Shown piece by piece: positions 1-10,921 of a DNA stretch of 64,000 bases (positions within the stretch are counted from its first letter, which is position 1; each line of letters starts with the position of its first letter). The position numbers and the translations under genes were made by a program. Location: the NCBI GenBank assembly GCA_043228905.1, contig JBHGNT010000001.1, positions 5,766,001-5,830,000 of the forward strand, given 5' to 3'. The notes under the pieces are model-generated. The model did no database searches and was not told the origin of the DNA. It saw only the letters and a list, made by a program, of their open reading frames with translations. This DNA comes from Azolla caroliniana. Lineage: Eukaryota > Plantae > Polypodiophyta.

Positions 1-1608
1 CGGGTCTACGACGGATGAGGTGCGTAATACGAAGTATGCACTACGGCGTAAAACGGAGCAGGCACTACGGCCAGCGAAGGGCCAAGAAGTAAGCATGCAC
101 CCGGAAGAGCGGCAACGAGTGACCGACAACGATGGACCTGTCGAGCCTTTGAGAGACAAGCACGCGGCGAGAGATGAAGCCGTAAGGTGCCGAGATCGGC
201 GGATGGGTGGCGAGAGTGAAGGATGGTGCGCGGAGAACAACGGGGTACACACCGGGAAGAGAAAACGCAGCGGCTTCCCGGAGGACATACAAGGCCAAGC
301 GGGCCAAGAGGGCGCAAGCCGAGGCGAGGCGGTAATGAGAGCCTCGAGGGACACCGACACGGAGGTCGGGAGGACGGTACGCTCTACGGTGAGAGAGCAC
401 GACGGGCAAAGGAGAGGCAAGGAACGCGGAATGGGGTCGCCTAAGGGCCAAAGAATGAGCGCATATTCGGGGGACAACATCGGCGCACGAGAAGAGCCCA
501 TGGAAGGCAAGCGCGGAGCAGGAAGAGTCGACACGCCGAGGTGTTCGGCATGCGGAGACGATAAAACCAAAGGAGGAACATACGCGGCACGAAAAGGGCG
601 GAATCCGGAGTACGATCGGAGAGTTCAGGAGCGCACCCGGAGGACATACGAGCCTTTGCGAGGAATGCGCGCGGCGAGAGATGGAGCGGTGAGGTGCCGG
701 TATCGGCGGATGATCGACGAGCGTGAAAGGCTATGTCTTGAGAACCGGAGGAGGTGCGTGGAGAGCAACGGGCTACGCGCCGGGAAGAGGAAGCACGACT
801 TCCCGGAAGGCATGCGAGGCCAAGCGGGCCAAGAGGACGAGAGTCAGGATGAAGCGGTAACGGGAGTCGCGAAGGACATTGACATGGTGGTCGGGATGAC
901 GGTACGCTCTACGGCAAGAGAGCACGACGAGCAAGGGAGAAGCAAGGAGCGCGTAATGGGGTCACGTAAGGACCGAAGAACGAGCACGCATTTGATGGAC
1001 GACAACGACGCACGGAAAGTGCCTACGGAAGCCGAGTGCAGAACGAAGGGAGTCGGTACGAGGTGTTCGGGGCGAGGAGAAGGTCGAGCCGGAGGTGGAA
1101 CACACGCGATACGCGAGGAGCGGCACCCGACGAGCAATCGAAGTAATCGGGGGTCTAACCGGAGGACATGCGCGGTGAGCGAAGGAAGGGAGACAGGATC
1201 GGCAACGGTGTTCGGGATGGCCAGTCGAAGAAGAAGGTGCGTGCGCTGGACGTGGTGGATCGGATGGAGCTGGCGGGTCGGGGCCGGTAAGGAGCTGGCA
1301 AGACGGATCGGCTCCGGCAAGGGACCGGCAAGAAGGTTGGGTGCTGGTAAGGCGAAAGACCCGGTTGATCACCGTGGCCGAAATCTCTCACCCTTTTCCC
1401 TTCTTGGCACATACCGGTGGATGTGCAGTTTGGTGGGGGTGGATGTCGTGAAGATTTTCGTCCATAGGCGGAAACCGGGGTGGAAGGGGCAAGTCGGTGG
1501 TGTGCAACATGTGCACATGTATACTAGGATATGGTGTATAGAGAGAGAAGGGGAAATTTTTGTCCCAGTTTGTAAGGTCCCTCCCTCCTTGGGCTATAAA
1601 AGGAAGGG
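1..1608 (+). mobile_element. 3' end of a tRNA-Trp-type Ty3/Gypsy element: GC-rich 3' region with a ~507-bp tandem duplication, PPT-like tract and a truncated 3' LTR (1444-~1608)
   Basis: 1378-1460 matches the pre-LTR motif and LTR start (TGTCGTGAAGATTTTCG) at 14408-14487; repeat units start near 142 and 649; the LTR breaks off just after TATAAAAGGAAGGGGA. Confidence 0.75.
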
Positions 1609-2212
1609 GAAGAAGTTTCCGAAGACTACTTTGCGTCGGAGCACATATGCCGAGTGAACGTAATCCGAGAATTCCGGGAAGAAGAATACGAGGGAGAAAG
1701 CTTGATGATCGGAAAGATGTTACAAGAGGCCAAGGACTCAACAAACGATAAAGGAAGAAGAGCTGAGATCCGAAGGAAGAAGAGGCAAGTCCAAAAGTTC
1801 TTCTTGGAAAACGGATTAATATGGAGGGCGCCGAAAAGACCGGATGGTATACCACTTCGAGTAGTCGGGACAAAATAGCAACGAAACTGGATAATGTCTG
1901 AGTTTCACGAATCCAATTGGGCTGGACACCGAGGAACATGGGCAACATTTGTGAAGATCAAGCAAAAATATTGGTGGAAGAAAATGTACAAAGATGTCGC
2001 GGAGTTCACGGAAAGCTGCGAGAAATGTCAAGTCTACTCCGGGGTTCGACATCGAGATGAGTTACATCCGACATTCTCACCGACAATCAACTTCAAGTGG
2101 ATGGTCGACATAGTGGCCATGCCGACCGGGATCGGACAAAAGAAATACTTGGTATTAGCTCGGGAAGATCTCATGAATCAAGTAGAAGGTCGAGCGCTTC
2201 AGAGGAAAACGT
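1609..2212 (+). pseudogene. pol: Gypsy pol fragment (RNase H-integrase linker, HHCC zinc finger, start of integrase core)
   Basis: EEEYEGE..., HESNWAGH...CEKCQ, KWMVDIV...LAREDL homologous to 13040-13560; stop codon at 1876-1878; ends at an LTR insertion. Confidence 0.9.
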
Positions 2213-2778
2213 TGTCGTGAAGAATTTCGGCCAGAGGCAGAAACCAGGAAACATTGGCTACCTCGGCGGGGTGCAGCGTGTGTACGCACCCATGTACATT
2301 TAGTGTGAATAACGAGGGGCCTTTATGGCGCCGAAGAGTAGTCAAGTCGGGACAGACGATCCCATGTAAGTCGGGATTTGTCCCACATTGTAACGCATCC
2401 CTTTCCTTGTTCTATAAAAGGAAGGGAACGCCCTTTGTGAAAGGGTTGCCCATTTTGCATTAGAGGGTATACCATTAGTTTTAGAGTTAGTTTCTTCTTC
2501 TTCGTCTTCTTCTCCTTCGTGTTCGCTTAGGGTTTGCTTCAGCTCATCTCCTGCGCAAGACCCTGCTCGGCGTGACGAGCCCGTGAGCTACCCGACGACG
2601 GCTTGGCAGCTGACGACTACTGTAACCTGCCTTGTAATGGCTCGAAGCCGGGAATGTATTCTTCTTTTTATATACATATATACGTTTGCGTCTGTCTGTG
2701 TATATTCGCGTCTTCGTTGGTGTCGGGTGCTTCCCCTTTCTTGCACTTCTTGTACTTAAGGGTGTGAGTCGGGTTGGC

Positions 2779-2841
<63 letters not shown>

Positions 2842-4440
2842 AGTCGGTGTTAAGCGCTCTCTCTCTCTCTCTCTCTCTCTCTCCCTTCGGTTGCTTCCGG
2901 TGTGCTTCTGGGATGCCCCGGAAACGGTGAAGCACGACTTCCTACGCTCCATCACTCCCTAGTCCAAGAACCCCGTGGTCCCGCCTTTCTCCACGCACGC
3001 GCATAACAACGCGACATATTTGGTGAACCTGACGTGAAAGGCGGCAAGGGAGGATGGAGTCGGAAGACGACGACCTTGCGGAGATGGTGGCCGAAGTGGT
3101 GTTGGAGTCGGCACGAGTGGTGATGAGGCGAGAAGCAGCGCAACAGGTGGTTGAGCGAGTGGTCGAAAGAGTCGGCCGTTTCAACGGGGACAAAGTCCCA
3201 TCTTACTTGGAAGCCTACAACGCGGAAATGGAGGAGCGTGGCGTAGATGAGGCGTTGAGGCTGGAGTTCTTCTGTTGGGTCGTGGCTGTCCGGATGCATG
3301 CGGAAATAAAGGAGCTCCATGAGGCTCATAGTGCGTGGGAGGCCTTCGAAGAGGCGCTCCTGAAGGCATATGGAGGACGGCGGAAGAGCCGGGGACGACA
3401 CGACTTTGACCAGTGGGTAGCATCGGCAAAGACCCACCGGGTCGCGACCAAGGCGTTCCGAGAGTTCGAGCGACGGCTTGCTCAGCTCCCGGAGCGGGAA
3501 CAAGGTTTGGTGGGGGCGGACAAGGTCCTATTGTTCGTCAGGTCGATCGACCGAACGGAACGAGAGGCCAACGGGATTGAGCTCGAAGACGATGATGGAG
3601 CGAATGGGCTTACGGAGGACTGGTCGAAGGTCGGAAGGGTGTGCCAACGGCTAGACAACGAGCGAGCCAAGAAGGCTAAGAGGAAGGGACGCGACGGCGT
3701 GCCATCACAGCGGGAAGAGGCCAAACGGCGAAGAGAGTCGGCAAGGGTCGGCATTGGGGCCAGGATTGCGGAGGCGTATGTAGCTCTCGAGGCGATGCTC
3801 AAGGAAGAGGAAAGATCAAGGTCGCGAGCCGAGACTGAGGAGACGGACCTGCCCCACGTGACGGCGGAAGATCGGTACGACGGTACCACGAGGGAGGGCG
3901 CGAAACAAAACGCCTTCTCGACTTGCAGAGATAGAACGACCAAGGACAAGGCTGAGATACCGATCGCGAGATCGGAACGTTGGGACCAGCGGTTTCGGCC
4001 GTGTCAGCCCGTGATCCCGGAATCGGAGAAGCAAGCCCAGGCGGGGCTTGCGCGATCGGTAAGAAGACGACCGCCGACCATGGAGAGTCGGTGGCTACGG
4101 ACAAAAGCGTAAAACGGACGAGCGATTCTTTGTGCCTTCCCACACTTGCTCCCGAGACGATGGCAGTTGGGCCCGAGTGCCCACGTAAGTCCCAAACGGA
4201 GGAAGGCGGCGGCGAGAGACCAAGAATCACCGGCGAGACGATACGGGGAAGGAACGGACGAAAGCCCACGGACCCGATTCCGGAGAACTCAGCATTCGGG
4301 CCTGTATGCCCATGTAAGACCGAGGAGATGGATGGCGGTACCGAGGAGTCCTGGCACGATGCCAGCGAAGTCGGATGGGAAACGGCCTGCAAGGAGGCCG
4401 AGGACGGACGCGACACGAGGAGATCGGCATTCCGATACGG
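2213..4440 (+). mobile_element. 3'-truncated tRNA-Trp Gypsy element: 5' LTR 2213-3016, PBS, gag-like ORF
   Basis: TGTCGTGAAG...GCGACA LTR containing (TG)n and (CT)n tracts; PBS TGGTGAACCTGACGTGA at 3021-3037; right junction approximate. Confidence 0.85.
3054..4112 (+). CDS. gag: Gag-like protein with a divergent C-terminus
   Basis: ATG just after the PBS; GRFNGDKVPSYLEAY and ELEDDDGANGLTEDW align with the gag at 8846. Confidence 0.75.
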   Translation: MESEDDDLAEMVAEVVLESARVVMRREAAQQVVERVVERVGRFNGDKVPSYLEAYNAEMEERGVDEALRLEFFCWVVAVRMHAEIKELHEAHSAWEAFEEALLKAYGGRRKSRGRHDFDQWVASAKTHRVATKAFREFERRLAQLPEREQGLVGADKVLLFVRSIDRTEREANGIELEDDDGANGLTEDWSKVGRVCQRLDNERAKKAKRKGRDGVPSQREEAKRRRESARVGIGARIAEAYVALEAMLKEEERSRSRAETEETDLPHVTAEDRYDGTTREGAKQNAFSTCRDRTTKDKAEIPIARSERWDQRFRPCQPVIPESEKQAQAGLARSVRRRPPTMESRWLRTKA

Positions 4441-4443
4441 GTG

Positions 4444-4889
4444 GAGCTCCACGAATCATCCTCAATCCCATGAATAGACAAAACGAGTTAATCAAATTAT
4501 TGAGGACATGCTTCGAGCATACGTTGGTGCAAAACCAACAAAATGAGAACATCATCACCCAATTTTGGAGTTTGCTTATAACATCTCTAAGCATACGTCG
4601 ATGAGATATAGTCCTTTTATATTGATGTATGGTTTTCAGCCACGAGCCCCGATTGATGTTAATATACATCATGATGAGTTGCGAAGTACGCAAAGCTTTC
4701 TTTAGGATATGCAAGATATGTTGCATATTACACGAGATAATATAAAAGCAACTCAAGATAAAGCGCATTTTGACGCCGATCATAACATGCAACCTCGTGT
4801 ATTCAACCCATGGACAGAAGGTATTTTTACGTGTACCTCACAATTCTAAGAGATTGTCTACGGGTAAGCGCGCTAAGTTAGCCCCACAA
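4444..4889 (+). pseudogene. pol: Chromovirus integrase, left part (host of the nested insertions)
   Basis: SSTNHPQ..TKRVNQIIEDMLRAY ... KRAKLAP; the reading continues at 16326. Confidence 0.85.
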
Positions 4890-5135
4890 TGTCGCGTTGT
4901 TACGCGTGTGCGTGGAGAACGAGGCGGGACCACGGGGCCTTGGACCGAGAAATAACCGAATGAGAAGAGGGGAAGGAAACTACCAACGTAATCCGCACGC
5001 GCATGGACACACAGATTCGCAAGAGTTGCAACTAACTCCGAACAATGGGGACAAAATGAATGTAAGTGTATATATATATCAAGGAGTTACAACCAGCAAG
5101 CCGGCAAGTGAAAGGCTCCAACGCCTGCACACACA

Positions 5136-5181
<46 letters not shown>

Positions 5182-5538
5182 ACACGACATGGAAACTCTA
5201 CCAGAAGCACTCGGACGTTCCGCGGAGCAGAGTCAGCCTCCAGAAAACCTGCACAGAACGATTATCGAGAAGAGAGAGGAGAAGAGCTCAGTTCCAGCAC
5301 GGCAGCACCTCGTCCTCCCCAAAACGCGATCCCCCCCCTTTCTTTTTTTAATACCTCTCCCTCTCCTTTATAGCCCAAGGAGGGAGGCCGTTACCACCTG
5401 TTACATCATGTTTATTCCCTGTCCTTTCGGACATGGATATGCCTCGATTCTCCCCCTACTAAATGCGTGCTACCTAGGATTTCACCTCAGCAGATTTGTA
5501 CCTACCTACGTACTATACAACAAAACTTGTGCCCACGT

Positions 5539-6240
5539 TGTCGTAGTGTATTCCACACACTACGTGAAAACCATAAAATAATATATCCGATTTTAGATAC
5601 ATATAAATAAATAAATAATATATCAAAATATTTATCACGTGCATAAGGGCAAGATTTGAACCCTATACCTCCACGTAGCCAAACCTCAACTTTACCATTA
5701 TGCTACCTTATCTTTAGTGTTCTATAAATAGATTTAATAACTATAAGTGCTTTATTTGCGCCTACCTTTATTAAAAGGTAAATCATGCATTTTCAGAGTG
5801 CGTGAATATTTTATTGAAAAACGCAAGCAACTAAAAAGTGACTCATGCACATCTAGCGTGCATGAGCACTATATTTAGCAAATAAAAGCAAGGATTAGAA
5901 AAGCATCACATGCACATTTAGTGTGCATGAACATATTAGAAAAAACCATGTAGCTATGCTTAGTCTCTCCCATCACTATATAAGGATGGGGAGCACATTG
6001 TAGTTTTTGTTGATTATTTTTCTATAATGATCAATCAATCTAAAATATTCGTGGGATTCACGAATTTGCTAAAACAATTCTCTCTTACTACCTAAATATT
6101 GACTAAATATACCAAACTCGTGGGATTCACAAGATTCTTATCTTATAACTCTTTATACCTATTCTTTACTAGCCTTATTTGTATTTTTCTTCCTCCTAGT
6201 CCAAAACCTCGACGGTTCCCACCCGACTCACGCAACGATC
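5539..6240 (+). mobile_element. Truncated AT-rich LTR of a related family inserted into the 4890 LTR
   Basis: Starts TGTCGTAG after ACGT; architecture and U5-like motif (CCAAAACCTCGACGGTTCCC) parallel the 7615 LTR; fused to gag by a deletion. Confidence 0.7.
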
Positions 6241-6244
6241 CGGA

Positions 6245-7540
6245 GCCGAAACGCCTCTTCCTCTTCACCAAGTCTACGATGGAGTCGTGGAACTTCTTGG
6301 CGATTCTGAGCACCTCCCGCAACGACAGTTCTACCTTGCTGTCGAGGATTCATTTTTCTAGGACCTTTCGTAGGTCCGTGGTCCTTTCGATCTCTGTGCC
6401 CAACCGGTATCCGCCCTTCTTGTGGTTATCCCGGGCACTGGTCTCACCGGCCTCGTTCCGTTTCGGCCCGAATCGGGTTTCGTATCTTTGTGAGGGTCCG
6501 GCCCCTCCGGTTTTACCTACCAGTTTGTCTTCTACCAGAGCCTCGTAATTCTGGCAAGCCGTTTCGACGAAACCCGTCTTTTCTTCGACCGGGTCATTCC
6601 ACCCGGTTACCTCCTGGACCCGCTTCTCCACGCGGTCCGCCTCGTCTTTCTTTAGTCGGGCACCGGCAAGGCCTTCCAGCACCGTCGGCCAGAACCCGGC
6701 TTTGCTCTCCTTCCGGGCCTCGCTGCCTCCGACCCGAATACCGGTTGACGCTGAATAGTGGACAGTCTCCGCGTGTCGGGCCGCCGCCTCTTCCATCAGC
6801 ATTTTCATTCCTCCTCGCCCGTCGTTTCGGTTTAGGGCCCTCCGAGTATCGCTGGTGTGCACCCGACCTTCCCACAGGTACACTACCTGGCTTCTCAAAG
6901 CCTCCGCAAAGTCCCCGCAATCTTTCCGGATGTGGCCGACCTCGTCGCACCACATGCACCTATTTCCTGCCGGAGGCCGTCGGTCACGAGCCTGTTCGTC
7001 GCCTTCCCTCTGAGCCTGGGCGATCTGGAGATCCTTTACCGCCCGTGTCAACTCCTCCAAAGTTGTTCCCCCGGACGAGCCTCTGACCACGCTTGTCGAA
7101 GCCCTCCCTATTGAATGCGTGCTACCTAGGATTTCACCTCAGCCGACTTGTACCTACCTACTTACTATGCAACAAAAGGCGTGCTCGCGTGTAAGGGCCG
7201 ATTTACACATGCTAAACTCGGTTTCCACCTAGGGACGGTTTTCTTCACGACACCGTATTTTTCAAGGAGCCGACCTTCAAACTCTTCCCTGGTCCGACTC
7301 TTAGCCCGTACCTCAAGCATCTCCGCATGGATGCCCGGGATCGCCACCCGAGGGAACCCGGCCAGCCGCCTGTCCTCCGGGATGTCCCTCATCACCATTT
7401 CGGCTAGCTCGTGGCGTCCTTCCCACCGAACTGGCCTATCGTGTCGACGACTGCCTCAATAGCCTTAGCGAGGGCGCCTGTGCCTTTGCGCGCACTCACT
7501 ATCCGATCCATAGCCGAAGCCATGGCTTCTGCAAGATCCA
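6245..7540 (-). pseudogene. gag: Gag remnants with CCHC knuckle (CMWCDEVGHIRKDC), interrupted by an LTR fragment at 7105-7252
   Basis: ORF 6350-7090 is homologous to the 8846 gag; N-terminal piece at 7253-7540. Confidence 0.85.
7105..7252 (-). mobile_element. LTR fragment (same family as the 4890/16325 LTRs) inserted in gag
   Basis: Matches about 16175-16325; ends ...CTTCACGACA followed by CCGT. Confidence 0.8.
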
Positions 7541-7999
7541 ACCCTCTCATCTTTCTATTCCTCTACCGCCTGTTCACGTCGGGTTCACCAAATATGTCGC
7601 GTTGTTATGTGCGTTGTCGTGAAGATTTTCGGCAATAGTGTGAAAATCCCATAAAACGTACGAAATCGAGTATGAATCACATAGTACAATAATTGTGAAG
7701 ATAACATTTTAAATAGATTTAATATCTAAGTACAAAATGATGGAGGTTTCGAATGCACTTTATTACACGAGAAACGGACAACTAAATGTCAAGATATGAG
7801 GGTATAAAGTTTGTGAAAGGAAAAGAGAAAATTGTGAGATATCCCACATAGGCACGACAAATACAGCTCTCATCATATATAAGGTGGAGCAAAAGATATT
7901 ATCTTTGTGTCTATGTGTGAAGCATAGAGAGTTCAAAGTAACTTGAACTAAGAGTGGAGGTGGACTAGCTACTCGTAAAAGGTTTTGGCCAACCAAAAC

Positions 8000-8236
8000 C
8001 GGACCGGCGATGGAGCCGGTGAGGCACCGGTAACCGACGGCAACCGGCGAGGCACCGGTATCCGACGGCATCCGGCGAGGCACCGGTATCCGGCGGCATC
8101 TGGCGAACGACACTAGTAACCGACGGCATCCGGCGAGGCACCGGTAACCGACGACATCCGGCGAGGCACCGGTAACTGACGACATCCGGCGACGGCACCA
8201 GTAACCGACGGCATCCGGCGAACCGGCGTCCGACGA
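8000..8236. repeat. GC-rich ~25-28-bp tandem array (CCGGCGAGGCACCGGTAACCGACGGCAT) inside the LTR; second copy at about 14853-15085
   Basis: Direct inspection; unit order differs between the two LTRs. Confidence 0.9.
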
Positions 8237-8295
8237 CTAGATAAATAAATATATAAATATATAAATATATATACATATTTACATATACAAGGAGG

Positions 8296-8361
8296 GCAAG
8301 TAAGGATTCGAACCTCGCACCTCCAAGTTAGGAGTCAATTGGCTTACCATTAAGCCATGCT
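8296..8361 (-). promoter_or_regulatory. tRNA-like Pol III cassette (A box TGGCTTAATGG, B box GGTTCGAATCC) in the LTR; identical copy at about 15151-15216
   Basis: Near-consensus boxes 32 nt apart, with a tRNA-like variable-loop and T-arm sequence. Confidence 0.65.
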
Positions 8362-8845
8362 ATTTAGTTGAAATTACATTTCTATCATTGTACTTTTACA
8401 TGTAAATTCTCATACATGAGAGCTAAAATGAGTGACATGGTTATCATGCACCACATGTAATACTTAAGCGCCAAATGGCAAACATGCAATTTATGCATGT
8501 CTTGTACCCTCACATGCATCATATGCATGAGAGCATCTATAAAAGAGGGAAGGGGGAGGAAAAAAAGACGGGTTTTTTTTATGAAAATTAAGAGGAAGAA
8601 ATTCGTTATCAAATTGATCATGTAACTTGTTTCTTAAATCTAAAGTTAAAAGTTCAATCAATCTCTCTCAATCGTGTAATCTCAACTTCTCTCTTTCCTA
8701 ATCTATCTTAATTACTTTCTCGCTAAAGCTTGCGCTAAAGCTTGTACCAACTTTGAATCCTTCTGGTCCAGAACCCCGGCGGTTCCGCCTCACGATCCGC
8801 GCGTAATGACGGATCTTCACGACATAATTAAGTGGTGAACCCGAC

Positions 8846-10921
8846 GTGAAAGAGGCGGTAGGAAGGAACGTTACGAAGTTCCTTGATGCATATAGAAGGG
8901 AGATGAATCAGAGGGACATGTCCGAGGCACGTCAAATCGCAAGCTTCAAGAGAGTTGTCGCCAACAACATCCAAAGACGCGTCATCGAGCTTCAAGAAGG
9001 TAAGACAACATGGTCCGAGTTCGAGAAAACGATACTAGCGGAGTTCGTGACTGAAGACTCAACGAGGATGACTCGACATGCCCTGATGAAGTGGATAGAG
9101 AAGAAGAATAAGAAGATGAGCGTCTCGAGGGTGTACGACGAATTCGACCAGATGTTTAGTCGTCTCCCCAATACGGACCAAGTGTTGCTTGAAGAGGACA
9201 AGACTTTGTACTTCTTGCAGGCCGTGGACATAAAGGATAGACGGGAGTTGGGGACTCTTCTCGAAGATGATACCCAAGCAAATGGGCTCGTAGCGGACTG
9301 GATCGCGGTGAAGCGGGCATGCAATAGGCTCGACAAGCGTCGCCAATGGGTTGATGACACCGACTTGACGGGATCGACTACCACGGAGAAAGCAAGACCG
9401 CCGAAAGTAGCTGAGCCGCCAAGACAAAGTAACGTGGAAGAAAAGAAGATTGATGACGACATCATTGAAGAGCTAGCGAAGAAGTTCGAGAAGGTCACGC
9501 TAGCCAACATGAATCGTCGGGGCCCTAAAGGAAAAGAACCCTTTAGATGCGTGTGGTGCGATAGCATGGACCACATGAGAAGGGATTGTGCAAGCCTTCG
9601 AGAGGCGATTCGACAAAATATCGTATACATAGAGGACAACATGATCTGCTCAAGCGAGACTAGAAGACCCCTACGGGTGAATTTCGGAAGAGGAGGAATG
9701 AAGAGATCTATGGAGTATGCCGATGCGACTCATGTGGATGCGATGCACTATGCTGCGTCGGCCGGAATAAGAGTCGGGAAAGACAAGACTGAAGCTGCTA
9801 GAGCGGGAGCAAAGTTTTGGACTTCTGTTCTCGAATATGAGAAGAAGGGAAAAATCACATCGAACGAGGTAGAGCTTGCGGACCGAAGCGGGCAAAGCAT
9901 AACCGGGTGGTCGGATCCGGTGGACGACAACACCATACTCGCAGAGGTGATGTGCAACAACCACGAGGTGTTCGTCGAAGAAAAGAGAAAGAGAATAGAA
10001 GAGCAAGGCCCATCTAAAAGACATGAAACAAGGAACGCGAAAAAGAAGGACGATGCGGAGACGAGTCAACCTTTACAATCGGAGGAACGAGAATCAAGCC
10101 GAAAAGGGGAGCCGAGCATACGAGTTGAAGAAACAGTGCGGCCTGTGAAGGTTGGTGTCGAAGACCCCGCTCGGAGGACAAGAACTATACCTACCTATAA
10201 GCTAAGGTCGGACATAGAGCAGACGACGGACCTAAAGAAGATTCTCGAAGAACGAGTTCTTGATAGCCACGTAACTTTGTCCTTGAGGGAATTGCTTGGC
10301 ATTACGAAGAAGGAGTTCCATGACACGATCGTGGACCTTGTAAAGAGAAAGAGACAACAATCGGACGAGGAAGAAGAGAAGCCGCAAAAAGCAAAAAGGA
10401 ATGCCATAACGATGGCAAGAGACGAAATCGATGAAGATATGGTGGACAGCCACTACACTCGACCTCATTGGGCACGAGCGACAACGGAGACGCCGGTGAA
10501 GATCAGGGAGAAGAAAGAGACCGTGGTAGCCTTGATCGACCACGGCTCGGAGATCAACCTCATGTCAACCGACTTCTACAAAAAAGGAAGATGGCCAATC
10601 AATACAAAACACGGATGGAAGATTCGCGCGGCAACAAAGTCTACGGAGGATTTGTACGGAGCTTGTCCCAATGTCAGAGTCACGATCGGGGATGTGGAGA
10701 TGGAACAACACTTCTTCGTACAATAATCGGCGTCGCATCCTGTCATCCTAGGGCAACCTTATATCACATCATCTCGGATGGAGACCAGAGTGTTCGATAA
10801 TGGAGCAGCCTTCGCACGAATAAAGAGTCTTGAAAACCAAAGATCGGTCCAATTCCTAACGGTGCGAGCCAATCATGAAAGGAATCGAGATAGTCTCGGA
10901 GGCGAATCCTCGGATTTTTAG
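8846..10921 (+). pseudogene. gag: Gag-protease ORF (CCHC knuckle, aspartic protease LIDHGSEIN); premature stop at 10724; N-terminus deleted relative to sister gags
   Basis: Frame continues past 10726 (HPVILGQPY...) to GAT TTT TAG at 10913-10921; no ATG after the PBS. Confidence 0.9.

Noticed and set aside
20-1657. 545-aa ORF as a host gene
   Set aside because: Arg/Gly-rich, no recognisable domain, built from a tandem duplication and runs through the PPT and LTR
2668-5581. ORFs with HTHTHT or ERERER runs and the many antisense ORFs over gag/pol
   Set aside because: Translations of LTR microsatellites or shadow frames of GC-rich retroelement coding sequence
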